This document shows, piece after piece, positions 31,254 to 43,360 of a stretch of DNA of 64,000 bases. Below the pieces are notes generated by a model, which saw only the letters and a list, made by a program, of their open reading frames with translations, had not been told where the DNA came from and did no database searches. Position 1 is the first letter of the stretch. Every line of letters begins with the position of its first letter. Both the position numbers and the translations under genes were made by a program. Origin of the DNA: an uncultured archaeon (lineage in GTDB: Archaea; Thermoproteota; Bathyarchaeia; Bathyarchaeales; Bathycorpusculaceae); assembly GCA_963782915.1 (NCBI GenBank), contig CAWALK010000025.1, positions 64,001 through 128,000 on the forward strand, written 5' to 3'.

Positions 31254-31976
31254 TTACTGGACTCTGTTTTCGATTATTTGCTTAATCAGCCGCTGCTCCG
31301 CTTTACGCAGGTGCTCCACAACAGTAGAATCCACAAGCTTGAGTTTCTTACCCAACTCTTCGGAAGTGATTTTTCTCGGAATATCATAATAGCCCAGCTT
31401 GTATGCCATGAGCAAAACTTCCTGTTGCTTCTCCGTCAATTGGCTAAGGGGCGAAATGGGCGAAAAGTTTGCATCCGCCAACAGCACCACTCGATAGTGG
31501 ATTGCTATTGCGTCCAATTTTTCCATGAAATCCTTGATTTGTGATTCGCTGCCCAAAAAAGAAAACTTTACTTTACCATCCGCAATGCCTAAGGGCGGAA
31601 ACAAGTAGCCGGCGTCAATGCCGATATAGTTTAAAACGGATGATAAGCCGGGTGCTCCGCTGCGAGTGAAAAGGATGTAGGCGCCGTTTTTTTCTTTCTC
31701 TATGATTTGGGCGTCGAAGAGTAAGGTGTTTTTTATTAGGTCTTCGACTTTTGAGGTTGGGTCTTTGAATTCTACGCGGGATATTGCTGCGAATTCTGTG
31801 TCGTCTTGTCGTAGGAAGTATAGGAGTTCGAGTGATTTGATTTTTTTAAGTGGCGGTAGTTCGATGCCTGCTTTGCCTAATTCTTTTTCGTGGACTTCAA
31901 GGATTAGTCGACGCATACCTAAACGTGGGTTATTTACCCTATATGTCTTTTGAAGACCCGAGCCCACTCGGTACAA
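31254..31976 (-). CDS. HTH_10 (Bat-type) transcriptional regulator
   Basis: LTEKQQEVLLMAYKLGYYDIPRKITSEELG...HLRKAE; start uncertain. Confidence 0.88.
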   Translation of the reverse strand: MYRVGSGLQKTYRVNNPRLGMRRLILEVHEKELGKAGIELPPLKKIKSLELLYFLRQDDTEFAAISRVEFKDPTSKVEDLIKNTLLFDAQIIEKEKNGAYILFTRSGAPGLSSVLNYIGIDAGYLFPPLGIADGKVKFSFLGSESQIKDFMEKLDAIAIHYRVVLLADANFSPISPLSQLTEKQQEVLLMAYKLGYYDIPRKITSEELGKKLKLVDSTVVEHLRKAEQRLIKQIIENRVQ

Positions 31977-32056
31977 TCTATAAGAGCAGCCGAGCTGTCC
32001 ATAAAGAAGTCAAAATTTACATTAAACTGATCAAATTACAGGAAGTAAACTAAGAA

Positions 32057-35000
32057 ATGACTCATGGAAAACTCAACTCCTTCGGAAAGCTCGGCCACTT
32101 AATTACAAAGCGCAAGTGGAGCATTATCGCTGTTTGGATATTGCTTTTGGCAATAATTGTGCCGGTAGTTATGACTGCAACAGGTGTTACTTCGCTCACT
32201 ATGGATTCGTCTTCTGGAGCCGACCTTGAATCCTCCAAAGCAGGCGACATAATCACTGCACAATTCCAAAAATCCGTATCCAACGATTCACTAGCCATAA
32301 TAATATCAACCAGAGATGCCTCGTCAATAGCAACACAGCGCTTCATTGACGAATTAACAAGGCAAATAAACGAAACTTCCAGCATCACCGGACTGGAAAA
32401 TATAACCAGCGTATACTCAATTCTAATCCCCGCCCTCAACCAAACAAACCAGGGCGTCTACCTCGCTTATAACGGCGGCAACTTAACCTACAATTTACTC
32501 TACAGCGTCCCAACAATCTACTCCAACGTATGGTACAACGCATACAACACCACCAAATACGGCCAATTGGTTCCAGGACTTAACCAAACCGCCCAAGGAG
32601 TCTACACCGTCCAAGAAAACGCCAACATGACCTACAACCTACTCTACAGTGTACCCGCAATATACCTCAACGTCTGGGGACAAACCTATCAAGCCACACA
32701 AAACCTAGACCAAGCAAATCAAGCCGCTTACCAGCAAACCGCCGGCATCCTATCCCAAGCAGACCCCGCAGCCTACGCACAATACACTTCACATTTACTC
32801 AACGCTTTCAACACAACTTGGGTACTGAGCTTCCAAGACCCATCCACCCAAACATTATACACCACAACAACGCGCTTCACTGGCAGCTAACATCACCAAC
32901 CAACAATACATCAATAACTTCTTAGCCTCAAACGCTACAATGCAAGCCTTCGCCACATCCCTAACACAGACATTCTCCCTTGACAACTACTTAACAAACA
33001 CACCCGACCAGAACAATGCACAACTCCAGGATTTCTCAATCAGATACATCGCTAACCAGTCAGGTTCATCTGTTGCTTTCGTTAAAGCCGCCTACGACTT
33101 AGGCAAAACACCCTCAACCACTGCCCTATCCTCCTTAGCGGATAACATAATCTGGAACTCCAAAAACTACGGCATGGACAGCTTCGTCACATTATTCAAC
33201 AAAATCTCCTACGACCAAACCAAAACTATACTAAAAGACATCGACCAAACCGCCTACAACGACTACACTTCACATTTGCTAAATTACTTTAACGCTTCCT
33301 GGGCAACAAGAGTTCCAAGTCAACCTCTTCCAACTGCGTGGATAAATCAAACCGCAGGCATCGCAGCCGACGCAGCCAACGCCCAATTTATCCCTGCTTA
33401 CCTAAACGACAGCCAAGGCTTAGCCGAACAAGTTGCCTCCTCTCTTAAACTCCAAGACTACCTCAACGCCAACACCACATCCTCAAACAGCAAACTCAAA
33501 ACTCTAACAATAAACTATGTTGCAAACCAATCCAGCCTATCTCCAGAGTTAATCACTGCCATTTACAACATGGGCGAAAACGCAACCAACACTGCACTAG
33601 AAACGCTCGCCTCAAACATCGTTTCCAACCCAGATGCCTACAACGTCGGCGAACAATTCAACTCATTAATCACTTCGTTTGTTTCGCCCTCCAAAGATGT
33701 AACGCTCATCTCAATCACCTTTGACAAATCAGATGACGCTAACCTCTTAGCAATAAGAAACATCATCGCCCAAAAATTAGCTCAACATCCCGCCGACATC
33801 AATTCAGCCGAAGTAACAGGCAACGATGCTTTAAACTACGATTTCGGGCAATCAACCAACAAAGACCTAGAACTTATCTTACCAATCACTATAGCTCTGC
33901 TAGTTATAGCCACAGCATTGTTCTTCCGATCCATCGTTACCCCAATAATCACTTTGGGCACGATAGGAGTGGGGCTTGGTGTTTCACAGATATTCCCCTA
34001 CTTGATAGGCACCTACATCAACCCAGTGGACTACACCGTATCAACAGTGCTCTTAACAGTGCTAATTGGCGTAGGCACAGACTACAGCATCTTTATAATT
34101 GCTCGTCACCGAGAAGAAAGAATCCACAACCTGCCCGTGTTTGAAGCCATCAAACAATCCATCACTTGGGCAGGCGAAAGCATCGTAACCAGCGGCGCCA
34201 CAGTCATCATATCCTTCCTTGCGCTTGTCAGCAACTTCGATGGTTATGCTTCAAACCATGGGCTTAGTCGTCGGTTTAGGCGTCATCGTTACCTTGCTGG
34301 CTTCTTTGACGTTTGCACCTGCGTTAACAGCGATTTTAGGCGACAGAATCTTCTGGCCTAACTCAGGAAAACGATTCGAACGATACTCACAAGGTATTAT
34401 TGAGAAAAACAAACGCAGAGGCGGCTACTTCGCAAAAAGCGGCGCATTCTCAGTAAAACATGGCAAAGTAATCATCCTCATCGCTGTCTTAGTTACCTTG
34501 CCTACCTTCTACATCTATGCAACAACAACACCCACCTACAACATGATAAGCGGCGCGTCGAACAGTATTGAATCAATCTCTGCATCCAATACCCTCACGG
34601 ATTCCTTTGGCGGCGGCAGATTGATGCCCTCATACGTTGTAGTAACGTTTTCGCAGCCCCTCGTGGATAGTAATGGCACCTTTAACAAGGGTGAAATGGC
34701 GACACTGCAAAGCATGTCTTCCATGATTGCCAATCATGAAGGCGTACAAAAAATAACAGGACCCACAATGCCCTATGGCGAAGCAGTAGATTACCAAACA
34801 ATCACCAACGATTCCGACGCAACCGCCTACAGCGGCATGCTCAGCGCCATCGGAGCAGACAACCAATCAGCCCTAATAACCGTACAATTCCACGTAGACC
34901 CATACTCTACTGAAGCCATCAACTACGCTCAAGACATACGAACCACTCTACACCAAAACTATGACAGCGCCGCTAACGTAACAGGCATCTATTTAGGCGG

Positions 35001-35628
35001 AACCACAGGCGGCACATTGGATACTAAAACAGTCTTTGAAGGCCAATTCACCGCGATTCTTCCAATCGTCGCATTAGGCGTCGGCATAGTATTATTCATC
35101 GTCTTGGGTTCACTGATACTGCCAGTATTCGCCATCCTATCAGTGCTCATGAGTATTGTGTGGACTTTGGCAGTTACAGTGCTAGTCTTCCAATCGGCTT
35201 TCAGCTACGGATTGCTATTCATAACACCGCTGATTCTCTTCGTGCTGCTGCTGGGCTTAGGCATGGACTACAACATATTCATCCTCACCCGCATACGTGA
35301 AGAAGCAGCCAAAGGACAACACCTAAACGACGCAATCATACATGCCATTCAACAAACAGGCGGAATCATCACTGCTGCAGCCATAATCTTGGCAGGTTCA
35401 CTTGGGGCACTGGTCCTCTCAAGTAACATGATGCTAAAAGAAATGGGCTTCGCCTTTGCCTTTAGCATCCTAATCGATGCATTGGTTGTGCGAACCTACA
35501 TAGTGCCTGCAGTGATGTCAACGTTTGGCAAATGGAACTGGTACAACCCAATCAAACGCCTACAACGAATCAAAGACATAGACGACACCAAAGAAGACCA
35601 AACCAACGCCGAACAGAAAACAGAATAA
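32057..35628 (+). CDS. MMPL/RND family transporter with large extracellular insert (frameshifts near 32860 and 34225)
   Basis: GVGTDYSIFIIARHREE and GLGMDYNIFILTRIREE motifs; three consecutive ORFs. Confidence 0.88.
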
Positions 35629-35719
35629 ACCCATTTGGGAACCAACGTGTTCCCCAACAATCTTTTTATAACTCATTTTACCCATTCCGTAAAACTTTGT
35701 TAAATAATTTGTGTAGCTG

Positions 35720-37393
35720 ATGACGTTCATGGTACAGTATAAATGGGTTGCATTATCCAACACTACTCTTGGCACTTTGATGGCATCAATCGACATGACC
35801 ATCGTTTTAATTGCTTTGCCCTCGATTTTTAGAGGCATACAAATCGACCCCTTCACGAGTTTCCAGTATCTGCTCTGGGTGATGTTTGGCTACAGCATCG
35901 TAACCGCTGTCCTTCTTGTCACTTTTGGCAGATTATCAGACATCTACGGTCGAGTTAAACTCTACAACTTGGGCTTTCTGATATTCACTATAGGCTCAAT
36001 TCTGCTGTTTCTAACGCCTAATACGGGCGACGCTGGAGCCATAGAACTGATAGTTTTCCGCATAGTCCAAGGTGTCGGCGCTGCTTTCCTCTTCTCTAAC
36101 AGTGCAGCAATCATAACAGATGCCTTCCCAGAAAACGAACGCGGCAAAGCACTAGGCATAAACGGCTTAGCTTTCCTTGCTGGTTCACTGATTGGTTTGG
36201 TTTTAGGCGGCGTCTTAGCCGTTTACGACTGGCGATTGGTCTTCTTAGTGAGTGTTCCAGTCGGCATAATGGGCACGGCATGGTCATACTGGAAACTCAA
36301 AGAGCAACATATCATTAGGAAAAAAGCGAAAATCGACATTTTCGGCAACCTTTCCTTCGGCGGAGGCTTAATTCTGCTTCTGGTATCCATAACTTATGGT
36401 TTAACACCTTACGGGTCTTCGCCGATGGGTTGGGGTAACCCTTGGGTGATAGCTTCCCTTGTCGGCGGTGCAGCATTGCTTATTGCGTTTCCATTCATAG
36501 AACGCAAAGTAGCTGACCCAATGTTTGACTTGAACCTATTCAAGAACCGAAGTTTCGCTGCTGGAAGCATCGCTACTTTCCTAAGCTCCATGGCCCGAGG
36601 CGGAGTCATGATAATGCTCGTAGTGCTACTGCAGGGCATTTGGCTTCCACTCAATGGATACAGTTTTGAGGATGCACCGTTTTGGGCAGGAATCTACATG
36701 ATTCCAATGTCAATCGGAGTAGCCATCACGGGTCCGCTGAGCGGTTGGTTATCTGACAAACATGGCGCACGTTTACTAGCAACTGCAGGCATGATAATAA
36801 CTGGCATCGCATTCTTAGCGTTCACGTTTTTAGGCGCAAACTTTGCGTATTTGCCATTCGCACTGATACTGTTGGTTATGGGCATCGGAAACGGCATCTT
36901 CAACTCTCCCAACATGGCTTCAGTCATGAACTCTTGCCCCGCCGAAAACCGAGGCGCAGCATCAGGCATGCGCTCAACACTACAAAACTGCGGCCAAACC
37001 ATCAGCCAAGCAATATTCTTCACCATAATCATAATCTCCCTAAACGCCACCTTACCCGTAGCACTTTCAACTGCAGTCTCCAACGCAGGCGCATCAACAC
37101 AAGTTGCCTCAGCATTCAGCCAAGTTCCAGCTGCAGGCGCACTCTTCGCTGCTTTCCTAGGATACAACCCAATCGGCACATTACTGCACTCAATGGGTCC
37201 CATCGCTGCAAGCTTACCACAAGCAACACTAACCACCTTACAGGGCACAACATTTTTCCCCAACACCATAGCCACACCATTCATGACTGCATTAACACAA
37301 GCCTTCATCATCGGCGCAATTCTCTGCTTCATAGCAGCCATATGCTCAGCACTAAGAGGCTCCAAAAAAGCCCAAGCTTGCACAAGCAAATAA
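35720..37393 (+). CDS. MFS transporter, DHA2/EmrB-like
   Basis: GRLSDIYGR motif A, about 14 TM helices, DAFPENERGKALG. Confidence 0.92.
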   Translation: MTFMVQYKWVALSNTTLGTLMASIDMTIVLIALPSIFRGIQIDPFTSFQYLLWVMFGYSIVTAVLLVTFGRLSDIYGRVKLYNLGFLIFTIGSILLFLTPNTGDAGAIELIVFRIVQGVGAAFLFSNSAAIITDAFPENERGKALGINGLAFLAGSLIGLVLGGVLAVYDWRLVFLVSVPVGIMGTAWSYWKLKEQHIIRKKAKIDIFGNLSFGGGLILLLVSITYGLTPYGSSPMGWGNPWVIASLVGGAALLIAFPFIERKVADPMFDLNLFKNRSFAAGSIATFLSSMARGGVMIMLVVLLQGIWLPLNGYSFEDAPFWAGIYMIPMSIGVAITGPLSGWLSDKHGARLLATAGMIITGIAFLAFTFLGANFAYLPFALILLVMGIGNGIFNSPNMASVMNSCPAENRGAASGMRSTLQNCGQTISQAIFFTIIIISLNATLPVALSTAVSNAGASTQVASAFSQVPAAGALFAAFLGYNPIGTLLHSMGPIAASLPQATLTTLQGTTFFPNTIATPFMTALTQAFIIGAILCFIAAICSALRGSKKAQACTSK

Positions 37394-37410
37394 ACCTAAA
37401 TTTTCCTTTT

Positions 37411-39247
37411 TTATTTTTGTTTTCTTTTAACAAATAAAACCAAGATTGCTGCACAGAAAATCGCTGCGAACATAGAGATTTCTGGTCCTTCAGGTACTGG
37501 GTTAGGGATTGCATAGAATGTTAAATCGAAACTGAAATCGCATGTGCCATCATTGATTGTGACGGTGTGGGTTTCAGTAATTGAAGCTGAAGCCGTAATA
37601 GTTGCCGTAAATCTGCCTGTTGCATCTATTGTTGTGGTACCCAAGTTTTCTGTGTTATCCCACGTCATTGTTGCTGTGCCAGGTTTGAACCATTTACCTG
37701 TAATTGTGAATGTTTGCTCGTCTACACCTGAAATAATTGTGGATAAGTCGCTGTTTGGTCCAAATATTCCCGTTGCTGCTGCAGTAGCCTACTTGAGTTA
37801 ATCCTCGTCGCCATTCCTTGTAGGGAACAGCTGTGGTGACGGTTCGGCTGTTACTGTTATCGGTTGCTCTGTACACAATATTGTCATAGAGCGCGGAGTG
37901 GTCGCCTGCAGCGTTGTTTTGTTGTAAGGTCAGGTGCAGTTGTCGTATAAGTAAAGTCTTCAGGTTGCGATTGGTAAGTTGTTAACTACTGAAACCCATG
38001 TGGAGCTCTGGGGGTTTAAGTATTCAATTTTTACTGTGCTGCCTGCTGTGAAGTCTGTTCCGCTTATTGTAATAGCGCCGTTTCCTGTGCCTTGGCTTGG
38101 GGAAACGTGAGTGCGAAATCAAAGTTAGTGTTATTGGGCTGCCGAATCCAGTGACATAATCATAGCCTGTGCCTGCGCTATAGCCGTTGTTAGCCAGTAG
38201 TTATGTCCCGAAAAGACGAAGTCATAAGCAGTTTTTGCGCTCTGGTAGATGTTACCCAGCGTTGCAGATTGTCTAGTGCATGGATTGCTGCCCACTGTGG
38301 TGCACCGTTGCTTGTACCTCTGATTCAGTCCATCCATTGTTACTGTAAACTGGAAGGTGGCTTGCAGAATATGAGACGTCTGGAACGATACGTTTGGTGC
38401 CTGGTAACCCATAGTTTGACTGGTAAGCAGGCATATCCTCGTAAGCGCTTACTCCTCCGCCGCTTTTACCCCATGCATTTTCCGAATTTACAGTGCCGTC
38501 AGCGTTTAGATCAAGTAGTGTTCCTCCGACAGCTATTACATAAGGTGAACAGGCGGGCCATAAAGCACCATTGTGCGCCGCTATCTCCAGAAGATGCAAA
38601 ATATGCAATTCCCGGTATTGTGAAAATCGAATCATAATATGTAAACCATGAACCAACTGGCCCTCTTCAAATCCTGCGCTTATTGAGACTGCTACTACAT
38701 CTGATCGACTTGTAGCGTAATCGATGGCTTGCTCGAATTGGCTTAAGCGGCTATCAACTGCTTCAACTAACAATATTTTTGCTTGTGGCGCAATTGCATG
38801 AGCCCATTCAACGTCTAAACATGCTTCCGATGACCATTTCCCAGTGGGGTCAACGATGGTAAGCTGGTTATCATTTTGTGGACTTCAAAATTGCTGGCGT
38901 CTGGTAGAGGTAAAGAGAATTCTGTGGCAAAACACATTCAAGGTAAGTCTCTATATTGGGCGTGTCATAGGCAACTATTATTGCTATCGTGGCTCCGCTG
39001 CCTCCTGAAGATGGCAGATTGTACGCTGTTTTCATCTGGCTTGGTGTATAACCATAACCCGCTGAACCGCCACCTAAAGGTTCCATAGTGGACAAAGGTT
39101 CTAGGGTCAATTGCTCAACTTGCTCAAACGAAAGAGTTGGTGGCGTTTGTACTATTATGGGCGGTTGATAGTACGCAGTAATTAGAAATGAACAGGTTAG
39201 TAGCACCGCTAGAATCTTCGATAGCCAAGTATGCTTCGTTTGTTCAT
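37411..39247 (-). CDS. S53 (sedolisin-like) peptidase, membrane-anchored, copy 1; multiple frameshifts
   Basis: YTPSQMKTAYNLP, EACLDVEWAHAIAP, WPACSPYVIAVGGT, VPDVSY, GTSNGAPQWAA across frames; C-terminal VPE-TM-basic tail. Confidence 0.75.
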
Positions 39248-39353
39248 CTCCTTTCTTAGTATGTACTGACTAATCGAGTTACGCAGTGAATTGCTTATTA
39301 TGCTTTATGCCCAATAGCAAAATACAAGAATGTGTTTTCCTCTAACCAAAAAT

Positions 39354-41831
39354 TCAAGAGCGATTAATGATTATTATAGTTTTTTTCTTCAAAAATAGTG
39401 CTATCAACATAACCGTTGAAGCAGCAAGCAAAAGCAGAACCATACCCATCTGCTGTTCAGGTACTATGGGTGTGGGTGAAGGTTGATTTGTCGGCGTAGT
39501 TTGAGTCGGCGCTGCAGTTGCCGTCGGTGTAGGCTCAGTAGATGAGAGCGGAGTCGGAGCAGTCTGCGGCGTTTGAAGCGTCACTACACAAGTGTATGTT
39601 GACACTAACCCCGCGTTGTCCCGGAATTGGACAAAAACGGTTTTTGCGCCGTCATACCCATGCAGCGTCCACGCTTTCGTGGCTGCATAGGTTTCCCAGC
39701 TGGTCCAGTCGCCGTTCTGGTGGGCAAAATGCATCTCGGAGACCCCTGAAGTGTCATTATTTGCGTTAAGATAGAGGGTGATGTCTGGGGTTTGGGTGAG
39801 GCTGTTTGACATGATTGAGCCTAAAGGAGCGGTTTTATCGAGTTTGATTCCACCTGCGATTCTATGGGGTGTTTCTATGAGTGTTGATCCGTCGGGGCTC
39901 CATGTGCTCCAGTACTCGACTGTATTGTTAGCGGCTTCCGCAGTTGATTAGGGGTTGACCGTTTGCCGTAACATTCTGTATTTCGCCGCCGTTTATTCGA
40001 TAGAAAGTCTCGTTTACAGGGTAGTCAGGCACCAAATTTACAGTATAATCAGCTGTATACCAGCCGTCGGTGTAATCGGTAGCTACTGAAGGATAACGTG
40101 AGATGTTAACGCAGAAATTGGTCGCTGAATCCCGGATGGTTAGTGTATGTTGCCCAACAGAGGAGGCTGGTACAATTATGCTTGTGTTGAATTGCCCTGC
40201 TCCATCGATTGTTGTGGTGCTTATGTTTGTGTTATCCCAGAGCAGGGTTGCTGTGCCGGGGCTAAACCATCTGCCTCCAATAGTGAGGGCATCGCCGTTT
40301 TGGATGAAAACTGTGTTTGCCAAATTAGTGTTATTGCCATATAGCCCTTGGGCGGTTGAGTTGCCAACCTGGGTTAAGCCTCGGCGATATTGTTGTAAGG
40401 GAACTGTTGAGGTGTTGTATGAGCGGCCGTTGCTGTTGTCGGCTGCACTAAAAACTATGCTGTCAAAGCTCTGCGGGTTGTCGCCTGCTGGGTTGGTTTG
40501 CATAAGATCGGGTGCAGTAGTCGGCAGTGAGAAGCTTCCGGAGGTCCGTGGCTGTGTTGTTGCTCACGAAACCCATATAGTTGTTTAGAGGGTTGAGGTA
40601 AGAAATATTTGACTGAACCGCCCGCTAAGCCGATACCGCTCAACGTTAATGTGTTTCCCGCTGCTCCCGAAATCAGGTGAAACGGCCAGTTGAAGCGCCG
40701 AAGTTGAAGGTTAATGGGCTGCCTAACCCTGTCACGTAATCATAACCGATCCGAGCATTGTAACCTCCGTTCGACCCGGAAATAATATCCCGGAAATAGC
40801 TGCTATAGTCTAATTTTGCTTTTTGGTAGATGTTAATGTTTGATGCTGAGGCGACTAAAGCGTGTATTGCTGCCCACTGCGGCGCACCTGCGCTGGTGCC
40901 GCCGAATTTATACCAGTTGCCATTATAGTAGACGGGTACGCCTGTTGAAGGGTTTCCGTTATAGGAGACATCTGGAACACACCGTTTTGACCCAGTAAGG
41001 CCATAGTTTGCTTGATAAGTGGGCATTTTTTCGTATGAGGCAAATTCCTCCTCCGCTTCCGCTCCAGGCAGTCTCCGAAATGACTGTGCCGTCAGCATTC
41101 AAATTAAGTGTGGTTCCTCCAACACCGACTACGTTAACGGAGACTTGCAGGCCAACATATGTCTGAGCACCATCATCTCCTGAAGATGCAAAAAAACGGC
41201 GCCATAACTGCTCGTCAGTTTATTTGTCGAAGTATTGGTTGGGTTGAGTGGTTCATTGCCGCCCCAACTCATGGAAACAGCAACAACATCTGGGCGGCTT
41301 TTGGCGTATTCGATTGCATCGAGCAAAGTGGTTTGGCTGTTGAAACACCTTGCTTCAACAAGTAAGTATCTTTGCTTCTGGGGCGATGGCGTGTGCCCAC
41401 TCAACATCTAAGGCTGGTTTCTTGTGCCCAACCACTGTCAGTAGTGATGAGTATCTGCCATTTTGTGGATTTCAAAGTTGCTCTGTTGGCGCTGGGCAGG
41501 TTGAATTGGCTGCAGAAAACCGTGAAATCGGCTAATAATTGTTGGGGCATCGAAGGCGTCTATTATGGCTATTGTGGTTCCGTTTCCGCCGGATGAGGGT
41601 AGGTTGTATGCGGTTTTTATTTGGGTTGGAGTATACCCTGAAGTGTACTGCAAAGGGTTCGATTTGTTGAGCGATATGCATGGGTTCCACATCCCACTGA
41701 GTTCTTGTCTGTGCAGAAATCGTTTGCTGCTGGAAAAGCGAAAGCTGCAATTAACAGTAAACAAGTGGCGAATAACACAGTTTACGATGGCTCTTTAACT
41801 GTTGGCTATTTTGGTAATTGCGGGTACCCAC
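39354..41831 (-). CDS. S53 (sedolisin-like) peptidase, copy 2; multiple frameshifts, start approximate
   Basis: YTPTQIKTAYNLP, LDVEWAHAIAP, VPDVSYNG, GGTSAGAPQWAA, YDYVTGLGSP; VPE-TM-KKK tail. Confidence 0.78.
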
Positions 41832-41995
41832 GTCTAGACAACTTGTCTAGTTCGACCCCTGTTTTTTTGTTTGCCCTAACCCTTCCCCTAACTGCCTAAC
41901 CATCAACTATGTTAGCGCCCGCATTTTTTTAGGTTACGCCGCAACCGCAACCAATATAGCACCATACACAGCAACATTAAGCACAGTGAAAAGTT

Positions 41996-43219
41996 ATGCA
42001 GCGGTCCTACTCACGATTACTCGGTGTAGTCGGAAAACCAAACACCGGCAAATCCACCTTCTTTAGCGCCGCAACCTTAGCTGCGGCTGAAATCGCAAAT
42101 TACCCATTCACAACCATCAAACCCAACCGTGGCGTCGGCTACGTCCAAAGCCCCTGCGTCCACGTGGACTTTAAAGTCCAAGATAACCCCAAAAACAGCG
42201 TCTGCCAAAACGGCACCCGCTTTGTCCCCGTCGAATTAGTCGACATAGCGGGCATCGTGCCGGGCGCTTGGGAAGGCAAGGGTTTGGGCAACCAGTTTCT
42301 CGACGAAATCCGCCGAGCCGATGCGCTGATACACGTTGTTGACGCTTCGGGCGGAACCGACTGCGAAGGTAAAAGCTGCAAACCCGGCGAACACGACCCG
42401 CTTGAGGACGTGGCGTTTCTGGAAAAAGAAATCAACATGTGGATGTTAACTATCCTCAAGAAAGACTGGTCAAAAATTTCAAGAACGGTAGAAACGGACA
42501 AAAAAGGCCTCGCCTTCCATTTGGAAGACCGTTTAGCAGGTTTAAGCATTAAACGCCAATTTGTCGCTGAGGCAGTTCGAAGATCCAACTTAAACCTTGA
42601 CCGTCCTGTCTCTTGGTCGGATGATGATTTTTACCGTTTCATAGACAATTTAAGGCGAATAGCTAAGCCGATGCTTATTGTTGCAAACAAGGTTGATTTG
42701 CCAACCGCCAAAGCTAACATAGAGCGCCTCAAAAAACTGGATTACATCGTTATCCCAGTCAGCGCAGAAGCAGAGCTGGTGCTACGGCGTGCGGCTGAGA
42801 AAGGCTTGATCGACTATAAACCCGGCGACAAAGACTTTAAAATCATTGCCCCCGAAAAGTTGTCGGCTGGGCAAATCAGGGCGCTTGAGCAGGTGAAAGA
42901 AAAAATCTTGCAAACCAACGGCTCCACCGGCGTCCAAGACGCACTCAACACAGCCTACTTCAAACTCTTAGACATGATAACCGTTTACCCAGTAGAAGAC
43001 ATGGAGCACCTCACAGACCACGACGGGCGTGTCTTACCCGACGCATACCTCGTACCCAAAGGCACAACCGCCCACCTATTCGCCTACGTTATCCACAGTG
43101 AACTAGGAGAAAACTTCCTCTACGCTATAAACGCCCGCGATAAACGCAGAATCGGCGAAGACGCCATCCTAAAAGACCGCGACGTCATTAGCATAGTGAG
43201 CGCTAAAAGCCGGGCTTAG
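41996..43219 (+). CDS. ychF: Obg-family ATPase/GTPase YchF
   Basis: GKPNTGKST, YPFTTI, DIAG, NKVD, C-terminal TGS domain. Confidence 0.92.
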   Translation: MQRSYSRLLGVVGKPNTGKSTFFSAATLAAAEIANYPFTTIKPNRGVGYVQSPCVHVDFKVQDNPKNSVCQNGTRFVPVELVDIAGIVPGAWEGKGLGNQFLDEIRRADALIHVVDASGGTDCEGKSCKPGEHDPLEDVAFLEKEINMWMLTILKKDWSKISRTVETDKKGLAFHLEDRLAGLSIKRQFVAEAVRRSNLNLDRPVSWSDDDFYRFIDNLRRIAKPMLIVANKVDLPTAKANIERLKKLDYIVIPVSAEAELVLRRAAEKGLIDYKPGDKDFKIIAPEKLSAGQIRALEQVKEKILQTNGSTGVQDALNTAYFKLLDMITVYPVEDMEHLTDHDGRVLPDAYLVPKGTTAHLFAYVIHSELGENFLYAINARDKRRIGEDAILKDRDVISIVSAKSRA

Positions 43220-43286
43220 CCACCCATCTTTTCTTTTAGGCTTGAACCTGACAGAATTCAGATGATACTGGATACCGCTTAAGTGC

Positions 43287-43322
43287 AGGGATGATGTCGC
43301 CGTTCCAGCCTTAGGGCAAAGT
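43287..43322 (-). repeat. Dispersed repeat R5, copy 1
   Basis: ACTTTGCCCTAAGGCTGGAACGGCGACATCATCCCT on minus strand; 34/36 match to 59100-59135. Confidence 0.88.
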
Positions 43323-43360
43323 TAGGACTAAATTACTGAAACGGTCTTCTTTTCTTCTAG

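Noticed and set aside
36694-37389. Long antisense ORFs (this 231-aa one, 29414-29956, 48807-49265 and others)
   Set aside because: Antisense shadows of well-supported genes, expected from codon bias
43291-43339. Possible C/D box sRNA (ATGATGT...CTGA)
   Set aside because: Overlaps repeat R5, and the second R5 copy lacks an equivalent box D
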